Program-made: the position numbers and the translations under genes
The notes under the pieces: generated by a model
What the model was told of the DNA's origin: nothing
Seen by the model: the letters and a program-made list of their open reading frames with translations, nothing else
Databases searched by the model: none
DNA from: Desulfosoma sp.
GTDB lineage: Bacteria; Desulfobacterota; Syntrophobacteria; Syntrophobacterales; DSM-9756
DNA: 64,000 nucleotides
Reading direction: 5' to 3'
NCBI GenBank assembly: GCA_037481835.1
Contig: JBBFKW010000016.1
Location: forward strand, 55,502 to 119,501
Shown: positions 29,195-38,579 of the stretch, in pieces
How positions within the stretch are numbered: position 1 is the first letter of the stretch
Layout of the letters: each line of letters starts with the position of its first letter

Positions 29195-30544
29195 CTAGAT
29201 TGTGGGGTCGTGCCCGGCCAGATCTTCAAAGCGCGTGTAGCTGCTGATAAAAGCCAGTTTCACGCGGCCCGTGGGGCCGTTTCGCTGTTTTCCCACGTGG
29301 ATTTCCGCCGTGCCCTTGTCCTTGCTGTCCGGATTGTAGACTTCGTCCCGGTAGATGAAGACGATCACATCGGCGTCCTGTTCGATGGCGCCCGATTCCC
29401 GAAGATCCGCCAGCTGGGGCCTCTTGTCGTGGCGCTCTTCCACCTTGCGGTTGAGCTGAGACAGGGCCACCACCGGAACGTTCAATTCCTTGGCCAGAGC
29501 CTTGAGGGAGCGGGAAATGTCGGAAATTTCCAGTTCCCGCCTTTCGCTCTGTTCCCGGCTGCGCATGAGCTGCAAATAATCCACGACCACAAGGCCGATA
29601 TTGTGTTCCGATTTGAGGCGGCGGGCTTTGGCACGAAGTTCCAGCGTGGAGATGGCCGGCGTATCGTCCACGAAGATGGGGGCGTCCATGAAGGTGCCGG
29701 CAGCGGTCAGGAGCTTGGCGCAGTCGTTTTGGCTGAGAAAGCCGGTGCGCACCTTTTGGGAATCCACACGGGCTTCGGCGCACAGGAGGCGCATGGCTAG
29801 CTGCTCTTTGCTCATCTCCAAGGAGAAGAAAGCGCACGGCACACCGCTTTTCATGGCCGCGTTGCGCACGATGTTGAGGGCGAAGGCGGTCTTGCCCATG
29901 CTGGGTCGAGCGGCGATGATGATGAGGTCCGAAGGCTGGAGCCCGGAGGTGATTTTGTCCAGGTCCGCAAAATGCGTGGGCACGCCGGTCACCATCTCCC
30001 GGCGCTCTTGAAGCGCCTCGATGGTCCCGATGCTTTGTTTGACCACATCCTTGATGACGGTGTACGAGCTTCGGACACGCCGTTCGGTGATGGCGAAAAT
30101 GGCGGCTTCGGCGCGATCCAGGATTTCCTCGGCGTTTTTTCCGGGCCCGTAGCACCAGGACATGATTTCGCCGGAGACCTGGATGAGGCGGCGCAGGACG
30201 GCCTTTTCGCTGACAATCTTGGCGTAGGCGGCCACATTGGCCGCCGAAGGGACCAGTTCCGTCAGCGAGGCCAGATAGGCGGCCCCACCGACGGATTCCA
30301 GTTCGTCCTTCTGCTGGAGCCACTCGGCGACGGTGATCAGGTCGACCGGCTCGTTGCGTTCGAAAAGTTCCTGGATGGCTCGAAAAATGATCCGGTGCGC
30401 GTCACGGTAGAATTCGTCGCCTCGGAGGATTTCCAGGGCCGCAGGCAGGCCGCTGTTGTCCACGAGAAGCCCTCCGATGAGCGATTGCTCGGCTTCGATC
30501 TGGTGCGGAGGGATTCTCCTGAGCTCGTCGGCGAGCACTTCCAT
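29195..30544 (-). CDS. dnaB: Replicative DNA helicase
   Basis: AARPSMGKT, FSLEMS, DYLQLM, LSQLNR, DLRESGAIEQDAD, KQRNGP. Confidence 0.97.
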   Translation of the reverse strand: MEVLADELRRIPPHQIEAEQSLIGGLLVDNSGLPAALEILRGDEFYRDAHRIIFRAIQELFERNEPVDLITVAEWLQQKDELESVGGAAYLASLTELVPSAANVAAYAKIVSEKAVLRRLIQVSGEIMSWCYGPGKNAEEILDRAEAAIFAITERRVRSSYTVIKDVVKQSIGTIEALQERREMVTGVPTHFADLDKITSGLQPSDLIIIAARPSMGKTAFALNIVRNAAMKSGVPCAFFSLEMSKEQLAMRLLCAEARVDSQKVRTGFLSQNDCAKLLTAAGTFMDAPIFVDDTPAISTLELRAKARRLKSEHNIGLVVVDYLQLMRSREQSERRELEISDISRSLKALAKELNVPVVALSQLNRKVEERHDKRPQLADLRESGAIEQDADVIVFIYRDEVYNPDSKDKGTAEIHVGKQRNGPTGRVKLAFISSYTRFEDLAGHDPTI

Positions 30545-30547
30545 GCA

Positions 30548-30994
30548 TTACTCTTCCTTGGAAACCACCACGGTGATGTTGGCCGTGATGTCCGCATCGA
30601 CCTTGACGGGCACCGAGAATTCGCCCAACTGCTTGATGGGCTGATCCAGGAGGATGAACCGCTTGTCAAGGTCGAAGCCTTTCTCCTGCAAGGCCTTTTG
30701 AACGTCCGTGGCATTCACGGACCCGTAGAGTTTGTCTTCTTCGATCACCTTGCGCACGAACGTCAGGGTCGTCTCGTTGAGCTTTTCCGCCACGGAAAGC
30801 ATCTGCCGGCGCACGCGCTCTTTCTTCTGGGCCAGCACCCGCTTGTGGTGTTCCAGTTCGCGGATCTTGGCGCTGGAGGCTTCCAGGGCCAAGCCTTTGG
30901 GCAGCAGGTAGTTGCGGGCGTATCCGGGAGCCACCTTGACGATGTCTCCGATTTGTCCGAGATTGGGAATGTTTTCCGTCAAAATCACTTTCAT
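30548..30994 (-). CDS. rplI: 50S ribosomal protein L9
   Basis: MKVIL...LGQIGDIVKVAPGYARNYLLP, KLYGSV. Confidence 0.97.
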   Translation of the reverse strand: MKVILTENIPNLGQIGDIVKVAPGYARNYLLPKGLALEASSAKIRELEHHKRVLAQKKERVRRQMLSVAEKLNETTLTFVRKVIEEDKLYGSVNATDVQKALQEKGFDLDKRFILLDQPIKQLGEFSVPVKVDADITANITVVVSKEE

Positions 30995-31054
30995 TGTTCA
31001 CTCCTTCAAGGCATTACCCATCGGACCCGCGCCTCGGCACAGGGCACGGACCGG

Positions 31055-32047
31055 TCACGAGGGAGACGGGACGTCAGCTTTTTTCTTCATGCGTCGAAAG
31101 TCGAACCATGTATCGAAAAACCCCATGAGCGCCACGGCGAGGCTCACGAACTGCTGCAAAAAGATCAAAGTGTAGCCGAAAGCCTGCACCAGGGTGGGCA
31201 GGCGCCATCGGCCGAAATAGTAGGCCGTGATGGCCAAGCCTTGGAGCAGGTAGACGGCCCCGAGGGCGATGATCACGTTGGCCCCTACGACTTTGGCGTC
31301 GGCGAAAGGGACCAGCATGAGAAACCCCGCGGCAATCACCGCCCACACCAAGGGCTCGGGGGCGCTCCACAGCGCCCACGGGGGCCACGGCGGCAGCGGC
31401 ACGCCCCGGCGGGCGAGGACCTTGCGCGACAGATAAAGAGTCAGCCAGGCGCACACGATGGTCGTGCCCATGGCCACGCCGGGAAAAAGGCGGGCCAGAA
31501 GGGCGATCCACGCCCCCACCTCTTCGGGGAGGGCCGTTCCGGATACGGTTTCCGGATGGGCCTGTTCCAGGAACGAAACGATAAAGTCCCGCAGCCGGCT
31601 TTCCAGGTGCCCCCATAGGCCGCCGTCGGCATGGCGGTGCACCAGCCAGAAGACCAGGGACCCGAAAGCAAAAACCTTGATGGCGGCTTGCGCCACAACC
31701 CGGGTAACGGACCATCCTTGGCGCATGCCGGCGCCCAGCAGTGTGCCGAGCAGGAGCAGCTCGAAGAAATACGTCACGCTCTGGGGCGCTTTCAAGAGCA
31801 GGGAAAGGGTTCCGCCCACCACGGCCGACCCTCCGGGAACCGCATACCCCAGGGGATTCCCGAACCGATAGACACTGATGAGAGACGGCACGGGAACGAT
31901 CATCCCGGCGGCGACGCCCGTTATCGGGATGAAGAGAAGGGCCAGGAACATGGCGACGCTGAGGGCGATCCCTGCAAGGAGGTCGCGCATCGCTGCCCTG
32001 CCCGGCCCCTGTCCAAGGGTGTTTCCGTGCCGCGTTTCCATTTTCAT
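31055..32047 (-). CDS. DUF2232/YybS family membrane protein
   Basis: Hydrophobic; YLLQGLAI...GFFDTWFDFR; conserved position between rpsR and rplI. Confidence 0.85.
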   Translation of the reverse strand: MKMETRHGNTLGQGPGRAAMRDLLAGIALSVAMFLALLFIPITGVAAGMIVPVPSLISVYRFGNPLGYAVPGGSAVVGGTLSLLLKAPQSVTYFFELLLLGTLLGAGMRQGWSVTRVVAQAAIKVFAFGSLVFWLVHRHADGGLWGHLESRLRDFIVSFLEQAHPETVSGTALPEEVGAWIALLARLFPGVAMGTTIVCAWLTLYLSRKVLARRGVPLPPWPPWALWSAPEPLVWAVIAAGFLMLVPFADAKVVGANVIIALGAVYLLQGLAITAYYFGRWRLPTLVQAFGYTLIFLQQFVSLAVALMGFFDTWFDFRRMKKKADVPSPS

Positions 32048-32202
32048 TTCAGGCGGCCTGGACCGTCATGCCCGTCTTCGCCCCGCGTCCACGAGTGTTC
32101 CCCAAGACTTTCCCGGAGAGCGCCTCGGCGCCCATGGGCCGGACAGGGCACGCATGCCCTGTCCGCTCTGCCCGGAGTCTCGGGGCCGCCCGGCTCCCCT
32201 TG

Positions 32203-32454
32203 TCAAATGGAATGGTCCACCGTGTACGGCAGCAGCGCCATCTGGCGGGCCCGCTTGATGGCCAGCGTCAATTCCCTTTGATGCTTGGCGCAGTTATCCG
32301 AGATGCGCCGAGGGATGATCTTTCCCCGCTCCGTGAGAAAGTAGCGAAGCATCTTGGCGTCTTTGTAATCGATGCGAAGACTGCTGTCCGCGCAGAATCG
32401 ACAGACGCGGCGGCGGCGAAAAACCCTTCTCCTTCTTTTCCTTTTGACAACCAC
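32203..32454 (-). CDS. rpsR: 30S ribosomal protein S18 (Cys-containing form)
   Basis: CRFC...IDYKD...[22 protein letters not shown]. Confidence 0.96.
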   Translation of the reverse strand: MVVKRKRRRRVFRRRRVCRFCADSSLRIDYKDAKMLRYFLTERGKIIPRRISDNCAKHQRELTLAIKRARQMALLPYTVDHSI

Positions 32455-32512
32455 GGGACGCTCCTTCTTTCACTCAATGCTCAAGATTCATAAGCCGTGC
32501 TCAGGCAGGCCG

Positions 32513-32953
32513 TTATTCCTCGTCTTCGTCCTCTTCTTCCTCTTCGTCTGCCTCTTCGTCCTCACGGGTCGCGGCGAACCGAGGCGGCGCCTCTTCGTCG
32601 TCTTCGGCCAGAGGCGGCGGCGCGGGCCGTGCCCGTTCCTTTTCTTTTTCCGGGTCGAATTCGTCGTCCAGTTTCACCGTGATGAACTTGAGCACACGCT
32701 CGTCTATGCGCATGGTCCGCTCAAGTTCGGCGATGAGGTCCGGGCCCGAGGCAAATTCCATGAGGACGTAGTAGCCGTAGGATTTCTTCTTGACGGGGTA
32801 AGCCAGTTTCTTTTTTCCCCAGGGGGCGTAGGCCAACACAGTGCCCCCGCCCGTTTCCACGACGCCGCGGAATTTTTGGGCCACCCCTTGGTAGGCGTCT
32901 TCGGGCAGATCGGGGTCCACGATGAAAAAAGACTCGTACTTGCGCAACTGCAT
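32513..32953 (-). CDS. rpsF: 30S ribosomal protein S6 with acidic tail
   Basis: RKYESFFIVDPD, WGKKKLAYPV, GYYVL; AGGAGG RBS. Confidence 0.95.
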   Translation of the reverse strand: MQLRKYESFFIVDPDLPEDAYQGVAQKFRGVVETGGGTVLAYAPWGKKKLAYPVKKKSYGYYVLMEFASGPDLIAELERTMRIDERVLKFITVKLDDEFDPEKEKERARPAPPPLAEDDEEAPPRFAATREDEEADEEEEEDEDEE

Positions 32954-32962
32954 GGAAGGGAT

Positions 32963-33008
32963 CCTCCTTTCGGGTTTAAAGCCCCGCCCTCCACGGCGGA
33001 GCAAGGAG
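32963..33008 (-). promoter_or_regulatory. Probable S6:S18-binding ribosomal protein leader
   Basis: Minus strand CTCCTTGC-hairpin-CCCGAAAGGAGG; CTCCTT can pair with the SD; CCG next to the SD as in S6:S18 leaders. Confidence 0.6.
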
Positions 33009-33120
33009 CGTGATGAATCGGAACTGCTTCGACTACCACAGCGCCTGAAAAGGCGTCAAGCCCTTTGCTTGCCTTCAGAGGGGAAAGGGCCTCGGAGTCT
33101 GGAGGTCCCCGGGATGCGGT

Positions 33121-33471
33121 TTACTTGGTTGGGCCGGTGGGGCCGGGCGCCGAAGCCTTCGGCGGGGTGAATTGGATGAGGATTTCGTTGTCCCGGATAA
33201 GATCCAGGTTCATGCGCAAAAACCTTTCGGCATAGACCGGGTCTTCCTTGAAGCGTTGCGTTTGGAGGTACAGGTGTTGGGTTTCCTCCCGCAGGGCCAT
33301 CACCCGCTGTTGCAAGGAAGCCACCTGCTCGCGTTTGTTTCGATATCCCGCCAGCCCTTTGGGCGACAAGAAGACCGCCCGAAACAGGAAAAGGTCCACG
33401 GCGGCTAGGAAAAGGACCAGGACGATCGTTCCCCAGCGTCCCACAACGTGATGCCAATCCCATCGAAACAT
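33121..33471 (-). CDS. Septum formation initiator (FtsB/DivIC family)
   Basis: Single TM helix, coiled coil, DPVYAERFLRMNLDLIRDNE. Confidence 0.75.
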   Translation of the reverse strand: MFRWDWHHVVGRWGTIVLVLFLAAVDLFLFRAVFLSPKGLAGYRNKREQVASLQQRVMALREETQHLYLQTQRFKEDPVYAERFLRMNLDLIRDNEILIQFTPPKASAPGPTGPTK

Positions 33472-33474
33472 CGG

Positions 33475-35073
33475 CTACCCCATGGCGCGAGGATGGATGG
33501 TGACGGACGGAAAAAGTTTCGGGTCCGTGTGGGGCAGAAAGGTCGCCCCTCGGAATTCGTTCATCAATTCCAGGTTCACGTTCAGCTCCACATAGGTGAT
33601 CCGCTGACGCACGGCTTCCATATCGGCAAGGAGGCTGCGATCGAGAAGCGCCATGGCGGCTCCGCGGCCGGCAGTGTTGCCGAGCCCTTTGTAGGTCTCC
33701 AAAGGCAGGTCGGGGAGCATGCCGATGCGGATGGCCATGACCGGATCGATGTGGCTCCCGAAGGTTCCGGCCACAAAAAAATGACGGATATCGTGGACGG
33801 TCAACCCCACCTTCTTGGTGATGATGTTGAGGATGGTGTACATGGCGGCTTTGGATTTGAGGAGGATGCCGATGTCGATCTCTGAGACCATGAGATCCTG
33901 TCCGTCGGCCGTTTCCCCGGCCCAGGCGACCACGTAGGCGGGTCCGTGTTCCGTGCGGACGATCCGGGGCGAGGAGATCTTCGTGTTGATTTTGCCCTGG
34001 ATGGTGAGAAGGCCCGCCATGAACATTTCCGCCACCAAATCGATGAGGCCCGAGCCGCAAAGACCTTTGGGCTTTTCGTCGTTGAGCACATGGTAGGTGA
34101 GTTCCAAGGTGTTCGGATCGATCCGCACCCGGTCGATGGCTCCGGGTTGGGCCATCATGCCCCGTTCCACCACGCCCCCTTCCAAGGCGGGCCCTGCCGC
34201 TCCTGCACAAGCCACAAGCCAGTCCTTGTTGCCCAGCACCACTTCCGCGTTCGTCCCCACGTCCACGAGCAGACACACCTCGTCGGTGCGATGCATGCCC
34301 GTGGCCAAGATGCCGGCGATCAAATCCCCGCCGAAGTACGAGCCCACATTGGGAAAGACCACGACGAGCCCCCTCGGGTGCATGCCGAGCCGAAGATCGG
34401 CGCCGTGTAGGATGGGAAAGGTATTGGCCACGGGGATGTAGGGTTCCTTGCACAGGCGGGACGGGTCCAAACCCAGGAAGAAATGGGTCATGGTGGTGTT
34501 GCCGGCCACCGTGAGAGCGTAAATGTGGGTGAGGCGGTAGCCGTGTTTTTCTACGAGGAAGGTGAGCGTTTCGTTGAAGGTGGCGCGCAGAAGATTGCGC
34601 ATGAGGATCAGGTTGTCGGGTTTGGAGGCGAAAACGATCCGGGTCAGGATGTCCTCCCCGTAAGGGATTTGAGGATTGGGGACGGACAGGCGGTCCAGAA
34701 GGGCGCCGGTTTCAAGGTCCACGAGATAGAAGGCGATTTGGGTCGTCCCCAAATCGGCGGCCACACCCAGGAGAGGTTGGTCCGGCGTTCCTGGAAACAG
34801 TTCCGTGAGTTCCCAGCCGTCTTCCGTGTGGCTCAAAACGGCGGTGGCTGTGAAATTTCCGTCCCGGAAACGGTTTGCATACGCGCCCAATTCACCGGGA
34901 GGCAGACGCACGGGAGCATATCCCGACTGTTTGAGCGCCCGTCGAAGCCGATCCAAATCGGCGGTGTTGTCTTCCAGGGAAGGAGCGGGGGCCCTTACGA
35001 CTCGGCGCACCACCAGCGGTTCAAAGGACAGCCATTCGGGAAAAATCTCTCTGTCAGGACGCGTCTCCGCCAT
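33475..35073 (-). CDS. ASKHA-domain ATPase (DUF4445; RACo/RamA-like corrinoid activator family)
   Basis: DLGTT, NPQ..YGEDILTRI, AGNTTM.H, DVGTNAE, AGPALEG, CGSGLID, AGTFG, GNTA. Confidence 0.85.
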   Translation of the reverse strand: MAETRPDREIFPEWLSFEPLVVRRVVRAPAPSLEDNTADLDRLRRALKQSGYAPVRLPPGELGAYANRFRDGNFTATAVLSHTEDGWELTELFPGTPDQPLLGVAADLGTTQIAFYLVDLETGALLDRLSVPNPQIPYGEDILTRIVFASKPDNLILMRNLLRATFNETLTFLVEKHGYRLTHIYALTVAGNTTMTHFFLGLDPSRLCKEPYIPVANTFPILHGADLRLGMHPRGLVVVFPNVGSYFGGDLIAGILATGMHRTDEVCLLVDVGTNAEVVLGNKDWLVACAGAAGPALEGGVVERGMMAQPGAIDRVRIDPNTLELTYHVLNDEKPKGLCGSGLIDLVAEMFMAGLLTIQGKINTKISSPRIVRTEHGPAYVVAWAGETADGQDLMVSEIDIGILLKSKAAMYTILNIITKKVGLTVHDIRHFFVAGTFGSHIDPVMAIRIGMLPDLPLETYKGLGNTAGRGAAMALLDRSLLADMEAVRQRITYVELNVNLELMNEFRGATFLPHTDPKLFPSVTIHPRAMG

Positions 35074-35199
35074 CGGTTTACTCTTTCGGCATCATTCGGG
35101 TCTTTTGGATTGCACTCATGCCTTTCCTCCCCCGCCTTCGCCCTTGCAGCCCATCAGGCCCATGATCAAGGTGTTTCCTAGCAAACCCTCGCGGAGGGT

Positions 35200-36027
35200 T
35201 CAATGTGGATTTCCGATCCATTGCACGGGGCGAAAGCCCATGACATTGACGGCGAATTCCACAAATCCGCACACGAGCACATCGGAAAGTTCCAAGCCCA
35301 GGGTTTCGTCCAGGCGTTGGAGCGCGTCCATCACCGGGGTCGAGGGTTCCACGTTGAAACGCACGGCATTGGCGTGTTGGAAGTGTTCCGGCCGGCACCA
35401 GTGAGGCGGAGAGAGGCTGAAATGGATCCGGCACGCCAAGGGTCTCTGTCGATAGAGGCTGCACAGGCCGGCATGGAGGAACGGGCAGGGCACGTTCAGG
35501 GTATGGTAGCGGCTGAGCCGCCCCGCCACCCGTTGGTCAAGGGAGGCCTCTCCCGGAGGGTCCCGATCCCATCGGCAGATTTCTCCCCACATCTCCATGC
35601 GTTCCATGGAACGGCGGAACATGCGATCCAAAATTCCGGCCCCGGAGGCTCCGTCGTAAAGATAAAGGATTTCCGCGCCCGTAAGTCCCGACGGCAACTG
35701 GGTGCAACAGTAGTGGCAGCCCGGGGCGCATGTCACGGTCCAGCCCGCCCGGCGAAGGTGACTCTGGACGAACCGAAGGGATTGATCGTAGACCAAGAAA
35801 GCCCTTTCCAGATGGGTCAGAAAAGCCTTGGGAAGGGCTCGGTGGTTTTCCCACGCCCCGGGAATGATGGCTTCCTGGGCTTGACGCAGGGAGGCGGACA
35901 CCCTCTCGTCGTAATGTCTCAGGGCGGCTTGCGCCTCCGCCGGAAGGCAGCTCAGCTCAAAAGGGTTGTCAAGACTTTGGGCCTTCACCGTGTCTCGACT
36001 TTGGCCCCGATAGCACGGAGCTTTCAT
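35200..36027 (-). CDS. YkgJ/CxxCxxCC family cysteine-cluster protein
   Basis: CAPGCHYCC and CPFL...CSLYRQRPLACR. Confidence 0.8.
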   Translation of the reverse strand: MKAPCYRGQSRDTVKAQSLDNPFELSCLPAEAQAALRHYDERVSASLRQAQEAIIPGAWENHRALPKAFLTHLERAFLVYDQSLRFVQSHLRRAGWTVTCAPGCHYCCTQLPSGLTGAEILYLYDGASGAGILDRMFRRSMERMEMWGEICRWDRDPPGEASLDQRVAGRLSRYHTLNVPCPFLHAGLCSLYRQRPLACRIHFSLSPPHWCRPEHFQHANAVRFNVEPSTPVMDALQRLDETLGLELSDVLVCGFVEFAVNVMGFRPVQWIGNPH

Positions 36028-37018
36028 GGAGGACCATGACCAGCTGCCGTGCCAGCAGGGGGGCGTTGCCTCCCGCCCGGTTGTTCACGATCACGCACAC
36101 CGTTTGATGCCCTTGAATCCCCCGTGCCACGAGCTGCGCCGTATCACGAAACATGCTGGGCTGGACCATGTCCTCCATGAGGCGATCAAAAGGGTGGGCC
36201 CGAGCGTAGGCTTCTTCGTAACGCATGCCCCGCGGGGTCAGAAGGCGCACGACGACCAGGCCCGATGCGTTGAAAAACCGCCGACCGCTTTTCTGCCATT
36301 GGCTTAAAAGCGTAGGGAGCCATGTCCAGTGGGAGAACACCTGGCCTACGCCGTGATCGGCCAGAACCCGAAACACCGGTTCGCACAAGTAGCTTTCGGT
36401 CCTGAGCTCCACATGATAACGGGGATCTTGGGGGGCTGCGCGGAAAAACGCGTCCAGACGACGGGCCAGGTCGGCGGGATCCATGCGATCGGCTTTCCTG
36501 TGATATTCCTGTTCGAAGAGGAAGGCCGCAAGCCGATCGCCCAGCAACGCCACAGCGGGTTCGTAAAAGGCCTTCCGAAAGAGGCCGGGGTCAAGAAAGC
36601 TGGGATTTTCCGAAGCGTTCTTTCCCGTCCAGAACCGATATGCGCAGATCTTTTGGGGCACTTTCAGAAGGACTCGGGCTCCAGGCAGGAGATGTTCGGC
36701 GTACCGGGCCAGGGTTCTATGACTTTCGGTGGGGAGACCTTCCGGGGACAACAGGAGGCTGTAAAAGGTGAAATCCAATTCCAAAGCGGAAAAGTGCTCA
36801 AAGTATTCGCGGACGCTGTCGATGGGAAGAACCGCGGAGGTGAAGCTTTCGGACCCCACCTTTTGGACCCTTTGGCTCATCCGGCCTTCGTAGCGCGACG
36901 CCGTGTAGATCTGCCCGATCCAGCCGCTGTAGCGGTCGCTCGCCGTACCGAGAAGCAGCTGAGGGTGAAGGTCCCGAAACACGAAACGGGAGGCCGCCTC
37001 TAAGGGATCGGCGTGCAT
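35969..37018 (-). CDS. DUF72 family protein
   Basis: GTAS..Y.GW.G.IY, ELDFTFY, LKVPQ, VELR, VNNRAGGNAP; GAGGAGG RBS before ATG 37018. Confidence 0.85.
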   Translation of the reverse strand: MHADPLEAASRFVFRDLHPQLLLGTASDRYSGWIGQIYTASRYEGRMSQRVQKVGSESFTSAVLPIDSVREYFEHFSALELDFTFYSLLLSPEGLPTESHRTLARYAEHLLPGARVLLKVPQKICAYRFWTGKNASENPSFLDPGLFRKAFYEPAVALLGDRLAAFLFEQEYHRKADRMDPADLARRLDAFFRAAPQDPRYHVELRTESYLCEPVFRVLADHGVGQVFSHWTWLPTLLSQWQKSGRRFFNASGLVVVRLLTPRGMRYEEAYARAHPFDRLMEDMVQPSMFRDTAQLVARGIQGHQTVCVIVNNRAGGNAPLLARQLVMVLHESSVLSGPKSRHGEGPKS

Positions 37019-37083
37019 TCCGGCCTCCTCGGGCATGAACCATTGCGGATGCGCCGCAGACAGGGCCGCATCTGCACGATGGA

Positions 37084-37371
37084 TCACGAGGGTTTGGAGC
37101 GTTCCTCCGCGCGGGACGAGGAACGTTTTCTTTCCGACCAGCGCTTCAAGAAACGACCGATGGAGCTTTCCGCCATGGGGGATGGGGCCGAAGGGGTTTT
37201 CAGGACCCCTTGCGCCTGCAGCGCTGCTTGGAGACACGAGCGCACCTCCGGGCACTGGAGGCACTCCCGTTGAGGCTCAATAAAGCCGTCCTCATTTCGG
37301 GGACATACCCTTTCGGGATCCCCGAAACAGGACGGCGTGATTCTCTCCGGCTCCACAGGCGTGTTTTCCAT
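37084..37371 (-). CDS. Small Cys-rich hypothetical protein
   Basis: Starts 6 nt after the khpA stop; CFG...VCP...ECLQC....SC. Confidence 0.65.
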   Translation of the reverse strand: MENTPVEPERITPSCFGDPERVCPRNEDGFIEPQRECLQCPEVRSCLQAALQAQGVLKTPSAPSPMAESSIGRFLKRWSERKRSSSRAEERSKPS

Positions 37372-37377
37372 AGCGGC

Positions 37378-37623
37378 TTATTCCAGGATTTCCAGCACGG
37401 CCCTCTTACGGAGCTTGGTCGCCGCAGCGTTCATGATCGTGCGAATGGCGTGGGCGTTTCGACCTTCCTTGCCGATAATCTTTCCCAGATCTTCCTTGGC
37501 GGCCCGCAGCTCGATCACCGAGAGCTGGTGACCGTTGATTTCGCGCACCTGAACTTTGTCGGGATATTCCGCCAAAGCGCGAGCGATGTATTCGACCAGG
37601 TTCTTGATTTCGCTGTCACCCAT
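37378..37623 (-). CDS. khpA: KH-domain RNA-binding protein (KhpA/YlqC)
   Basis: [32 protein letters not shown]. Confidence 0.9.
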   Translation of the reverse strand: MGDSEIKNLVEYIARALAEYPDKVQVREINGHQLSVIELRAAKEDLGKIIGKEGRNAHAIRTIMNAAATKLRKRAVLEILE

Positions 37624-37816
37624 GAACGTCTCCCCCCGCTTGCGTGGCCATGGAATTTAGAATGCGCAGCACACTTTAGAAAAGAAAGCACAAAATGCGT
37701 TTGAAAGAGACCTCATCAAGCGCCGCACACCACGCGGGCGCTCCAACTGTCGCTGCCTTAGGGGTTTTCGCAAGAGGCTGATAATGACGGCACCGTGGAT
37801 TCTCAATACACGGCGC

Positions 37817-37845
37817 ACTGTAGAGAATCCACGGGACCCTGTCAA
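37817..37845 (-). promoter_or_regulatory. Sigma70 promoter upstream of khpA
   Basis: TTGACA-N17-TACAGT on the minus strand. Confidence 0.65.
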
Positions 37846-37894
37846 GGGAAGAGAAGAGCGGGTTTCGAAACGTGTTTCGGGGACGGAGGTCCTC

Positions 37895-38554
37895 TTAGGG
37901 TTCACATCGGTGTTTGATGTTAACCCCCTGGACGATGAAAATAACACTTTCGGCGATATTCGTCGTTTGGTCGGCCACCCGTTCCAGACATCGCGCGGCG
38001 ATGATGGCCTGCACCGCTCTTTCGATGCTGCGGCTTTCGGTGACCATGAGGTCGATCATGCGCCGCAGGACTTTATCGTTCAGTTCGTCGGCCTCGTCGT
38101 CCATCTGGCAGACATCGTAGGCCTGGCTGATGTTTTGGCGGGCAAAGGAGTCGATGGCCACCCGCAGCATGTCCATGGCGGTTTCGGCCAAGGCGTCCAA
38201 CTCGGGAATGAACTCCAGTGGGGGTCTCTGCGCGAGAAATTGGGCTCGCTGCGCGATGTTCACCGCCTGATCAGCGATCCGTTCCAAGTCGATGCTCATG
38301 CGCAGGGCTCCGATGATAAAACGTAAGTCTTTGGCCACGGGTTGTTCCAAGGCCAGCAGGGAAAGGCACAGGTTGTCGATCTTCATTTCCAGCTGGTTGA
38401 CCACATGGTCTTCCGCGATGACCTGGGCGGCGAGCTTTTCATCTCGGGTTTTGAAAGCCTGGAGGGCCTTGTGCATGGCTTTTTCAGTGAGAGCCGCCAT
38501 TTCCAGCACGGTCATTCTCAGTTCTTCCATCTGCCGGATAAAATGTGATTTCAT
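37895..38554 (-). CDS. phoU: Phosphate signalling protein PhoU
   Basis: QPVAKDLR, DLERIADQAVNIA, LERVADQTTNIAE. Confidence 0.95.
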   Translation of the reverse strand: MKSHFIRQMEELRMTVLEMAALTEKAMHKALQAFKTRDEKLAAQVIAEDHVVNQLEMKIDNLCLSLLALEQPVAKDLRFIIGALRMSIDLERIADQAVNIAQRAQFLAQRPPLEFIPELDALAETAMDMLRVAIDSFARQNISQAYDVCQMDDEADELNDKVLRRMIDLMVTESRSIERAVQAIIAARCLERVADQTTNIAESVIFIVQGVNIKHRCEP

Positions 38555-38579
38555 CACGTCGACTCCAAGGAAACTTTGG

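Noticed and set aside
29195..30544. Intein in dnaB
   Set aside because: Normal length (449 aa) with contiguous helicase motifs.
32513..32560. Repetitive TCTTCGTCC-like tract
   Set aside because: It simply encodes the acidic C-terminal tail of S6.
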